Below, in pieces: positions 50,686-61,129 of a DNA stretch of 64,000 nucleotides. Origin of the DNA: Malacoraja senta (lineage: Eukaryota); contig CM075989.1 of the NCBI GenBank assembly GCA_038087875.1, positions 14,386,001-14,450,000 on the forward strand, written 5' to 3'. Position 1 is the stretch's first letter, and the number at the start of each line of letters is the position of its first letter. The position numbers and the translations under genes were made by a program. The notes under the pieces are model-generated. The model saw only the letters and a program-made list of their open reading frames with translations. It ran no database searches and had not been told where the DNA came from.

Positions 50686-51679
50686 TTTTAATAAATGTTC
50701 TTTCTTGTCAGTCTTATGTGCTTCTGATGCCATTCATTACAACACTGGGGAGATACAGTTACTATATTGAGTGTTTTTTGCATATTTTCCAGCATTTTGA
50801 CTAAATCATCTTATGGGCGTCTGTAAAAATGGAAGCCCTTCTTTATCAATGGGTGGCTTGTAATTTCTGCCTGTAGAGAAAGTCACCATCAGGAAAACTA
50901 TACTCATTAGTAATATCACATTCACCCTGAGTAAAGTCCATTCCTGAGGTATTTTAATCATTATTATCAAGATGCACAAGATTCTTGTCTCTTACTCACA
51001 GTCAGGTATATCACATTGGTGTACTTTCAAAAAGCATCCTGCTTCAAATTCAGACTACGACCTCAAGATTAATACTTAAGATTGAACCTGAAATTGCTGT
51101 CACCCAGGCTGTCGCTACCTGCTCTTGACTCCCACATTTGCCACCCAGGGAAGTATGTATGTGCAACATTGCAAGAAGAGCCCATAGATAGGGGATGTGA
51201 TTCCTGATTGAACCAGGCAACAAATCACCACAGTGAGCTTTAAGTATTGGGAAGTAAACAACGGAGGATCTAAGAAGATGGTGATCTAAAAAGGATGCTT
51301 TGTATTGATTCCTCGCAAAGTGAGTAATAAGAGTAGGAAGGAAAGACTGATTCAAATGTAAAAGAAGAAAAAGACAGAAGAAATGTTTGACATATTTGAA
51401 ATGGCCTCAAAGTTCAAAAAGCCTGAAGAAATAATACTATGCTTGTAATATTTAATATTTAATGCAAGAGGGTGAATGGCACTAATTAATGTTTATCCCA
51501 TTGTTGAACGAACACTTACTGTATGCTACTAATTAGTAGTCCTAACTATCTGCATTGTTTTAATTTGTGCCTGCAGACAAATCCAGAAACTTAATGTTAT
51601 CAAATGTGAATCAGCAGTGAGGCAGACTGCAGAAAGACATTTCAGCTAACTAAGAGCAGAGCAGTGGAGACGCATGGGT

Positions 51680-51875
51680 CCACAGATGCAGAGATCTGGA
51701 GCACCAAACAATCGATGGGTCGAGCAGCATCTGTGAAGTGAAAAGGAATTGTCAGCGTCACGGGTCAAAGCCCTGCATCAGTCCTGAGGCAAGGTCTTGA
51801 TTCGAAATATTGACAATCCCTTTCCCATCACAGATGCTACTCGACCTGCTGAGTCCCTCCAGCAGATAGATTGCT
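51680..51875. mobile_element. Head-to-head Penelope-like termini with two degenerate hammerhead cores
   Basis: Minus CTGATGCAGGGCTTTGACCCG and plus CTGAGGCAAGGTCTTGATTCGAAATATT; inverted tails. Confidence 0.65.
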
Positions 51876-52934
51876 GCCAGTAGCAGAGCAGTGAGGACTT
51901 TGTACATGCTTCAGTTTAGCCCACCTTGCAGGTGCTTGGTCTACACCTGGCAAAAGTTGACATTGTTTGCAGATGAGTTCCTGGAGAAAGTATCTCTTTG
52001 GACTATTTTGTTAAATCTAAAGGGATTATTTTCTGTGACATCTGTGTTTTTTACCGTCTTGTCCAACAGAACCTGTTGTGGATGGCACCCATTGCAAAAT
52101 ATACAAACCATAGGTTCAGAAAGATGATGGGAAGGGATGCCCCTGTTTATATGTGAATGTTGCACGACAATGTCCAATGGCGAACTTGCCAGTTGTAGCT
52201 GGTAATTCCTGCTTAAAACATGGAGACCTACACAGGGCAGGGTCAACAAAGAATTGATAGAAAGATGTCCTCTGTAACTATTTTCTGGGAAAGTCACCCC
52301 CCCCCCCCCCCCCGGCAATGCTGTTGGCTTGTGGTGATGGTGGGTGGTGCTGAACACTTAAGCAGATGGAGAGTTGCCATTGGGGAATTATGCATTAGGT
52401 GGGGTGTACAGAGGACTCATGGGGGCAGGATGCAGGGACTGTAATTGTTGGTCAGGGTTATAGTAGTGTCAGTAGCTATGATTGTCAGTTGGGGTGTAGC
52501 TGAGTCATGGTCAGTGATAGTTGGTAGGGGTAGAAGGATAGTGTTGAGTTGACTGGGAGTGGTTTCAATAGTTGGTCAGGGTGTAGTTGTGTCATGGTGT
52601 AGCTGCGGTTCTTTGTTCACTGGTTATTTTCCCAACACTTGGACAACAGAAGCTCTCAGTCCAAGGATGGTTGCCAAAGCTCTAAGCCAGAAATGAAGAT
52701 GTGTGAGGGGGGGTGATGTGTGCTAATATTGGTGGCCACTGGCAGTTGTTCCTATACATGCTCTTTTTAAGAGTCTATCTGCTTGATAGAATATAATGAA
52801 ACAAAACCCAAAGCAACATCAGCGCAAAATTACTTTCACTAGAGACACCATGAGAGGAAAATTGCATGATTTTACAACTGATAGTGCTGAATATACTTGT
52901 TTATATATCTATGCAAAAGCAACCCATAGATTTA

Positions 52935-53432
52935 CGGAGCTATAGAGCACGGAAAAAGGCCTTTAGACCCAACTCAACCATGCCATTCAAGCTGTCACCC
53001 TCAAAGTCCCTTTCACCTGAGTATGGCAAATGTTCCATTAATTCTTTCTTATCCACGTACCTGTCCGAATGTATTTTTTTTATTGTATCCAGTTCTACTA
53101 GTTTCCCTGGCAGCTCATTCCATATACCCGCAATCCTCTGTGGAAAAACAAACCTCTCAGGTCCTCTTTAAATCTTACCCCTCTCACATTACCCTATGTC
53201 CCCTAGTCGTGGACTCCCCTACCCTGGAGAAAACACTGTCCCAATCCATCTCCCACATGAACCTATAAACCTCTAAGGTTACTCCTCAACCAACTTTGCT
53301 CCAGGGAATATAGCCCCAGCCTACCCAGTCTTCCAGTCCTAGCAATATCCTTGTGAATATTTTGTGCACCCTCTCTACCTAAATCACATTCTTCCTATGA
53401 TATGGCGACCAGAATTGCACACAATATTCCAG
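52935..53432 (-). mobile_element. Degenerate CR1 3' part (continues at ~54289-54318 after an insertion)
   Basis: gcgaccagaattgcacacaatattccag ... gtgcggtttcaccaagg is the reverse of LVRPHLEYCVQFWSP. Confidence 0.7.
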
Positions 53433-54287
53433 GTGGGTAGATGTTCCAGGTGGGAAGATGGCCAGGGCGGTTGGGGGCGCTGTTCGTTATTTCGACTTTT
53501 TTTTTGGAATGTCCAAATGTTTGTTTTAGTGTCTCTCGGTATGTCTTATGTGGGGGGGGGTGGTGGGGGAGAAAAGGGGGAAACCGTTTTTCAGTCACTT
53601 CCTCAACGGTGAGGCGACTTTTTCCATGTCGCTTCTCCACTTCCCCTCTCGTGGCCTAACAGTTTGGATTGGAGCGGCATTTCCTGGAGTCGGGCCCAGA
53701 GCTTCAGCAGCGGGCGCAGCGTGGACTTTTCCATCGCAGAGCGGGGTGAACCCTTGCCGGGGGTCGCCAGAAAGGTGTGCTCCCATCGCTGGCCTGGTGA
53801 CTTTGGCATCATGTGGCTGTGGTCTACGGAGCTTCTAGCAGCGGGCATAGCGTGGACTTACCATCCGGAGCCAGGGATCCCTTGCCAGGGATCGCCGGAG
53901 AAGAGCTCCGACCACTGGCCTGCGGCCTATAACATCCTGAAACCGTGGTTTCCAGTAAGCAAATGGCCGACTCGGGCACTCCAAGCCACGGAGTGTGTTC
54001 GACCGTCCCGACGTCAGAGTTTCGATCATCCCGACGAGAGGGCCTCTGCATCCGGGCGTCCGTAGCAAGCGACTGCAGGGGGTTCATAGCCCCGACCACG
54101 GATGAACAAAGGAGGAGGACTGACTGAACTGTGTTGCCTTCCACCACAGTGAAGAATGCTGTGGTGGATGTTTATGTTAAATTCTATTGCGTATTGTGTG
54201 TTCTTTTTCACTTGCATCGCTGCTGGCAAATTCATTTCACTGTACTTTAGTTGGTGCATGTGACAAATAAATTTGTATCTTGTATCT
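53433..54287 (+). mobile_element. GC-rich non-autonomous element, possibly full length, with a Rex1/Babar-like tail
   Basis: 5' AAGATGGC motif (53455-53462), internal ~130-nt duplication, hairpin 54140-54168, TGACAAATAAA plus (ttgtatc)n; splits a CR1 remnant. Confidence 0.72.
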
Positions 54288-54319
54288 CGTGCGGTTTCAC
54301 CAAGGTTTTGCACAACTTG

Positions 54320-54815
54320 AGTTTAGTTACAGCGTGGAAACAGGCCCTTTGGCCCATCGAGGCCGCACTGACCAGTGATCCCCACCCATTAACAGTACCC
54401 TACACACACAAGTGACAATTTTCTACATTTATATCAAGCCAATGAACCTACAAACCTGTACATCTTTGGAGTGTGGGAGGATACCGAAGATCACGGAGAA
54501 AACTTATGCAGTCATGGGGAGAACGTACAATCTCCATACAGACAGCAGCCATAGTCAGGATCGAGCCCAGGTCTCCGGTGTTACAGAACTGTAAAGGGCC
54601 TGTCCCACTTACACGATTTTTTCGACGACTTGCTGGCACCCGTCATAGTCACAGCAGGTTGGCGAAAATGTTCAACATGTTGAAAATCTAGCGGCAAACA
54701 GAAAAAGGTACGACTCTTTGGGCGACTACTCACCACCAAACAGGCGTCACCCCGAATGTCACGGTGGGACAGGCCCTTTAGGCAGCAACTCCACCGCTGC
54801 GCCACTGTGCCGTCC
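54320..54815 (-). mobile_element. V-SINE interrupted by a MITE
   Basis: SINE sequence ctgtaa|ggcagcaactc is split by the 54595-54777 insertion. Confidence 0.85.
54595..54777. mobile_element. MITE (PIF/Harbinger-like), 183 bp
   Basis: Perfect 14-bp TIR AGGGCCTGTCCCAC/GTGGGACAGGCCCT; flanks TAA and TTA; internal palindrome TTCAACATGTTGAA (54671-54684). Confidence 0.8.
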
Positions 54816-54840
54816 GACTGTAACATGTATATGTAGAAAT

Positions 54841-54940
54841 GTCTAAAAAAGAAGGGTCCTGACCTGAAACATCACCTCTCCTTGTTCTCCAGAGATGCTG
54901 CCTGACCCACTGCGTCACTCCAGCACTTTTTTGTCCTTTT
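54841..54940 (+). mobile_element. Short Penelope-like terminus with damaged hammerhead core
   Basis: gtctaaaaaagaagggtcctgacctgaaacatcacc plus tail. Confidence 0.75.
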
Positions 54941-56507
54941 GTAATATGTATATCTATCAAATATGAATAGATTTGCTCCAAATCTACTTCAAAAATGAAT
55001 ATATCTGGGGAATAGAAGACACCAAGGAAACTAAGTTGAAGTAAAGGGCTAGATAAAACAAAGACTGTTGCAGAAATAAATTTGCTCAGTTGATCACCGG
55101 TCATCAGTGTTGCCTCCAAAAGCATTGGGGGTATGAACTCCTAGAACAATACTTGCCAGCACATCCGGGCTAAACTCCCTGCCTGTCCCCTTTACAAGTG
55201 TTTGTATCACTTGTCAGCTGCTTGGAGACCGAGTCAACCAACTCCATATAAAATGTTGTCAAGAACTGAAGAGACACCTGAAGTTTCAGCAGAAGATTAA
55301 GAATCTGCTTTCAACATATTAACAAAGAACATGACGTTAACTATCCTTCTGTGATTTTCAGCATCTCAAAAGAATCATGGAACTGAGCTTTTTTTCCAAT
55401 TAGAAGAAATTGAAACTGTTCGACTTTTGTAGAGCAAGGTTGAATCAGTTGCCACTTGAGTGTAGCAGCATTAAATTCAACATCCCCTGAGTCTCACAAC
55501 TCCTGCAATTACATCTGGGTTGTCAATTCATTCATAAAATCACATCAAGTTTCATTAGATGTCATTGGTTAAAGATTGGTATGGTAAAGAGTATGGAGAG
55601 GAATCCATGAACGCTGAATAAAACTTCAGCTGTTAATGCACCATATGGAGTGAAGAATGGATACACAAGGGGTGGAGATCATAAAGCTAGATCTCTGGCC
55701 ACTTTACACATTGCTGGGCTTGGCTTCGATAGGAGCTGGCAAACTGCCTGACTAGGTTAACATATTTGCATCTTTGCAACAAATCCTCCCTACGCCCACC
55801 AGTGCCCATCTGTTTCCAACCAAGTAAAACCAGACGGGCCAGGTCAGTAGGCAATGATCTTAAAAGCGACTGCCTTACAACTGCTGACACATTTCAAGCC
55901 ATTTTTAAAACCTTTCATTTTGCATTATTAGACTTGCTACTGGATGTTCAGTGGCAACATCAGGAGTACAGGCTGCCACATCCACAGACTGAGGGAGAAG
56001 TACTGTGGTGAACACTAATTCACGGGGAAGGCAGCGAATGAACATTACCACACACTAATGATTTATCTCCAGTCAGACTCTTCCACAGATACAGAAATAC
56101 CTGTGGTGTGAAGGTCACAGCAGCCTTTAAATTCTTTGTGTCTGGAACATTTCAAGTTGCCGCTGGCAACATCAGCTGTATTACTTATCCCAAATGCTCA
56201 AGCAAGAGACAGATTGGTTATTTGCTTGAGTGAATAATGTGTGTGTTTCCCTGTAGTTGATGGGCTGCAGCATGACTGGGCTGTACAACATGGAACTGTG
56301 GCAGCATTCCCACAAACCCAGGGCCATGCAGTCCCATTTTGCCATTTCACGTTTTTTGCATTGGGCCACGGTTTTCCGCCTGATCCAGGCAGTTTAAAGC
56401 AAGCATTTGTACAGGGGAGGATCCATAGGCTTACACCATTAACAAAATATACTGATTACATTTAGATCACATGTTACAGTCCGAAAGTGCAAACAATTTG
56501 TTTTTTC

Positions 56508-56803
56508 TAGTTTAAAGATACAGCATGGAAACAGGCCCTTCTGCTCTCCGAGTCCACGCCACCATCGATCACCCGTGCAATGCTATCCCACTTTCACTCC
56601 TGCACTAGGGACAATTTACAGGAGCCAATTAACCTTCAAACCCGCTTGTCTTTGGAATGTGTGAAGAAATTTGAGCAACCAGAGAAATCCATGCGAGCAC
56701 AGGGAGAACATACAACTTCTGCACAGATAGTAGCCGAGATTAGAATCGAACCCGGGTCTCTGGCACTGAGAGGCAGCAGCTCCTCTGCTGCACCACGGTG
56801 CTG
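56508..56803 (-). mobile_element. V-SINE
   Basis: Tail, V-domain, atcgaacccgggtctctggcactg and head. Confidence 0.82.
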
Positions 56804-58553
56804 TAGCTAAGCTCTATGCAGTGTTAAGCCCAAGGGTGAGAGGTGAATGGTGAGGGCAGGGCTCAGAGATGGAAGGGGGTGGTGGATGGATGGGATTGAG
56901 TGGTCGTTGTGAGGAGTTTCTTACCATTGCAATAAGAGTCTAGATCCTCCTTGGGTTTACATTCATTCAGCATTTCTGTGATGTATAATGTGGTTTGCAG
57001 CAAAGTAAAAGGACAGGATAAAAGCATGAAACATTTTTGTGTATTTTCGGCATCAGTAGATTAAGTGTTATAAAAACATTTGGTGTTTGCTTGTAAAATA
57101 TTGTCTACAATGAATTCAAATGAATGGAAATAAATATTACTAAATATCCTCAGGAAGTATCTGCACAGGCATGTAGAAGGAAGCTTTACTATAAAGCACT
57201 ATTTCAGAAGGATTGTGTCAGCTGTCAGAGATACTCTCATCTTATCAGGCATTTGCAATACATACAGTGCTCTCCACAATGTCCAGCATGCCTATTCTTC
57301 GTGAAATTAACTGCATCCAATCTCTTCCCTCAATATTTCAATCCATTTTCTTCATCACCTTGTCTGAACTTTTTTTTTGCCTCATTTATATACTCTTCTA
57401 TCCATGGCACCGTTCAAACACAGGAACAAACTGCTTCTATTTGCCTTTCCATTTCTTTGTTCAACAATTTATGTTCTCGTGTAAAGGATCCAGCTTCAAG
57501 ATTTCTTCAGTTTAGTAATTCCTTATACTGAGCTTCCTAATGAATCCATTATGCTTTCTCTAAGGCCTTACCATCCTGATTATAGTAGAGAGGCAGGAGC
57601 TCCACATGAGGCTGTAATGAGTGTGAGATTCGATGTTCTGGACAAGCTGATCACTAACTGATTGATTTTATGCCCCATACGTTGAGGAAAAACTCTGGTT
57701 ATTGTTAGCTTTCTTCATGATTGCTTGTCCCTGAGAAGCTGCTCCATTGCTCTGTGAATCTCTCTCAAATCCTTTCTTTTATTTTACGGGACCAATTCCT
57801 CTTCTATTCAACATGTTAATACTCGCATTTCCACAGAAGACACCACCAATATCTTATTAATATTGAATTCAACCTGCCACTTGCAGCCCATCCCAGCCTA
57901 TCAATATCCCAAGTGGTCTGGCAGAGTACACTGCCATCTTCTAGCCCGGCTCTTCTTTCTCTCCATTCCAATCATTTATCTCCCAATCTACAAATGCCTT
58001 AGGTTTCTCCAATGATCTCCCAGATGGTATTTTGTCAAACATTTTTGCTGAAGGCTACGTGTTACCTCATCAAATATTGTACAAGTTTTATCAAAGACAA
58101 CCATCCCTTTTGAAATTTATTCTGGCCACTTCTGTTTTTCTCCTTATCTTGCTATGTCTTTATTTCATCCTTAACTAACGTTTTGGAAATTTTGACGAGG
58201 TGCACTGCAAACTATGATCATCCACTACGATTAGCTGTGTCTCTGTGTTGAAGACTGAACACTATTATCCAGCCCTCCAGCACACAGACACATACAGCTT
58301 GCAACGATAATGACTGCAGTCTTTGCAGTTGTCCTTTTACTGCCCAATTATGTCTTTTCAAACCCTTGTGTTCCACTTCCGTTGCTCAACTGATGTCAAT
58401 CGGTAAATGCATAACAATGTCACATTTTAGATGTTAGGCTCAAATCCACAACTGACCTTAAAATCATAACCTGTTGTTCAGACTAAGTGTTAGCATTAAA
58501 CCAAGCTAAATCATGCCCAGTACTATTGACTGTTCGTAGCTTGCATGGATAGA

Positions 58554-58846
58554 GTTAGCGATACAACATGGAACCATGCACTTCGGCCCACCGAGTCCAC
58601 ACCAGCCATCCATCACCCGTTCGTTGTATGTTATCCCACTTTTGCCTCAGCGTCCGACACACACGGGGCAATTTACAGCAGCCAATTAACCTACAAAGCC
58701 ACACATCTTTGAGACGTGAGAGGAAACCTGAGCACCCGGAGGAAACCCACGTAGTTACGGGGAAACTGTGCCAATTCCACACAGATTGAACCCGGGTCTC
58801 TGGTGCTGTGAGGCAACAGCTCCCCCAGCTGCGCCACTCTGCCACC
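58554..58846 (-). mobile_element. V-SINE
   Basis: Tail, V-domain, ttgaacccgggtctctgg and head. Confidence 0.82.
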
Positions 58847-59065
58847 TTTTTAAAATGGTTTTGCTCCAAAGTAGTCGCCATTGACGGCACTAACATTCAC
58901 AATTGATTCGAATGTTGATTTATAATCCAGATGAATTGATTCTTTATAGTTTGGGATCACAAAATTGAATTGATATCTGAACCTTAGAGACCCTCCTGCC
59001 TTGCTATGTGTATTGTAGTTGCTTTGTCTAACTTGGTTATTCTTGTTTACTGTATAACATTTCAG

Positions 59066-59158
59066 CTCAATCTGCAAATGGCGCAGTGGGAGAAGTATCG
59101 ATTCATGTAGACATCTTCACTCACCCTGGTACTGGAGAACATAAAGTTACAATTAAAA
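59066..59158 (+). CDS. UNC13C: UNC13C coding exon, start of C2C: (A)[30 protein letters not shown]
   Basis: Acceptor tttcag| and donor |gtaagt; 93 nt, phase 1-1. Munc13 C2C motif [20 protein letters not shown]. Confidence 0.93.
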
Positions 59159-59264
59159 GTAAGTGTCCCCACCACTCTCCACTGGTGTAACTAGTGACAG
59201 ACCCTTTGAACCGGGCCAGCTATTATGACCATTTGAAGAGCTTTGATCTCTTTTTTTTTTGCAG

Positions 59265-59424
59265 TTGTTGCTGTCAACGAGCTGATCTGGCAAACAACGG
59301 CCATGTTCCGACCCTTTGTAGAAGTTCACGTGATTGGACCGAACCTCAGCGACAGGAAAAGAAAATTTGCCACAAAAACCAAAAACAACGTTTGGTCACC
59401 GAAGTACAACGAGACATTTCACTT
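59265..59424 (+). CDS. UNC13C: UNC13C coding exon, C2C domain: (I)[52 protein letters not shown](F)
   Basis: Poly-T acceptor gcag| and donor |gtaagt; 160 nt, phase 1 to 2. [13 protein letters not shown] motif. Confidence 0.95.
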
Positions 59425-59659
59425 GTAAGTGGTCCTGCATCGTCTGTGTATTTATCTCTTGGAGTTACATTTCCTTAAGTATTCATTTGCAATTAAGCTG
59501 CTGGCTTCAAAGTGTATCAGTCTGAAAGATATTGCAGTCTGGTAAATCAAATCAAATCATCATTTGGAGAAAAAACAGAGCCCCAAATGGTATTATAGCG
59601 TCATTGAACCCTATAGCATGGAAACAGTCTCTTTGGCCAAGATTGTCCAAGCTAACCAC

Positions 59660-60140
59660 TTCACAAGACTTAATACGGGAATGATCCCAGGGATGGTTGG
59701 GTTAGCGTATGAGGAAGGTATGAAGGCTGTACACGATGGAGTTCAGAAGGATGAGGGGGATCTCATTGAAACCTACTGGATACTGAAAGGCCCAGATAGA
59801 ATGTGGAAATGGTGTTTCCAGTAATGATAGAGTGTGGAACCAGAGGACACAGCATCAGAATAAAGCGACGTTCCTTTAGAGTGAAGATGAAGAGGAATTT
59901 CTTTAGCCGGGGACGGTGAATCTGTGGAATGCATTGCCACAGACGGCTGTGGAAACAAAGATATTGGGTGTTTTTAAAGCAGAGATTGATACATTCTTGA
60001 TTAGTCAGGGTGTCAAAGGTTACAGGGAGATGGCAGGAGAATCGGGTTGAGAGGGAAGAATAGATCAGCCATGATCAAATGGTGGAGTAGACTTGATGGG
60101 CCAAATGATCTCATTCTGCTCCTGTGTCTTGTAGTCTTAC
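59660..60140 (+). mobile_element. CR1 3' fragment
   Basis: MIPGMVGLAYEE...GDLIETY.ILKG...NLWNALP remnants. Confidence 0.8.
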
Positions 60141-60843
60141 GCTTTAAATTGATTTCCCTCCGTGTATCAAAATGCCTAATTTGAAAAAGGTAATTGTCAC
60201 AATTGTTTCAATAGTGTTAATATTTGGTTTTGAAGTGGAGCCAGAGCTGATTTATATCTGATTTGCAATATAATCGGTGTGAGAGTGTTTGGGCTCAGTG
60301 CTACTCTGGAACAAGATAATGTGTTGGCAGCAGAATGGGGTTATGCGGGGTGATTGCCAATGAGTGCTGTGGCAGGCACAGACTCTGTGGGACGACAGGC
60401 TTGTTTCTGTGCTGCATGGGGACATGACTTGGCTCAGGAACCTTCTGCTCTCCTGGTCCTGGTCACAAACGTACCCTACCCTTTGCTTCCTGTGCTCCAC
60501 AGTGGCACGGTGTGCAAAGGTAACTGTGTAAGAGCAATTCCTCGTGCCTCAGGGGCTGCTGCATTTTGTTGGGGGGTGGGCCTGATACTAATGAACTCGT
60601 TGAGGCACAGCGCGGTTTAGAGCAATATCCTTGGAGGCAGAACATCTCCAGCCCTTTGCACCTCTGGACAAAGAGGAAAGAAAGGAAAGAGAGAAACTCG
60701 AGGAGCATGATGAAGTGTTCATGGCAACTGAGACTCATAGCTGGAGAGAGAATAGCTGCAGTGGACACTGAGATGTGAGTAAATGGAAGTAGAAATTGTA
60801 GGTGGGGAGGATATCCAGACTAAATGTTTGTTTATGACCGCAG

Positions 60844-61129
60844 CCTTCTGAGCAATGAGAACGGCCCTGAGTCCTTCGAGCTTCATGTGACCGTGAAAGA
60901 TTACTGCTTTGCCAGAGAAGACCGGATTATCGGAATGACCGTCATCCAGTTAAAGGACATTGCCGAGAAAGGGACCTGTGCCTCGTGGTACAGCCTCATC
61001 AAGAACATTAACATGGATGAAACCGGCCTGACAATTCTCAGAATACTCTCCCAGAGGACCAATGATGAAGTGGCCAAAGAATTTGTACGCCACAAATCCG
61101 ATACCAGATCCTCGGAAGAAACCACATAA
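60844..61129 (+). CDS. UNC13C: UNC13C terminal coding exon: end of C2C and C-terminus ...[18 protein letters not shown]...[13 protein letters not shown]
   Basis: Acceptor ccgcag|; frame continues from the previous exon (TT|C = Phe); stop TAA at 61127-61129. IIGMTVIQL and [19 protein letters not shown] motifs (here [16 protein letters not shown]). Confidence 0.95.

Noticed and set aside
52400..52610. GT-rich degenerate tandem repeat
   Set aside because: Low-complexity sequence with no further structure seen.
55687..56455. Minus-strand open frames (SAP-like ...TGGRREDLLQRC; W/C-rich KPWPNAKNVKWQNGTAWPWVC)
   Set aside because: Short, in different frames, with no splice or start support and no family recognisable without a search.
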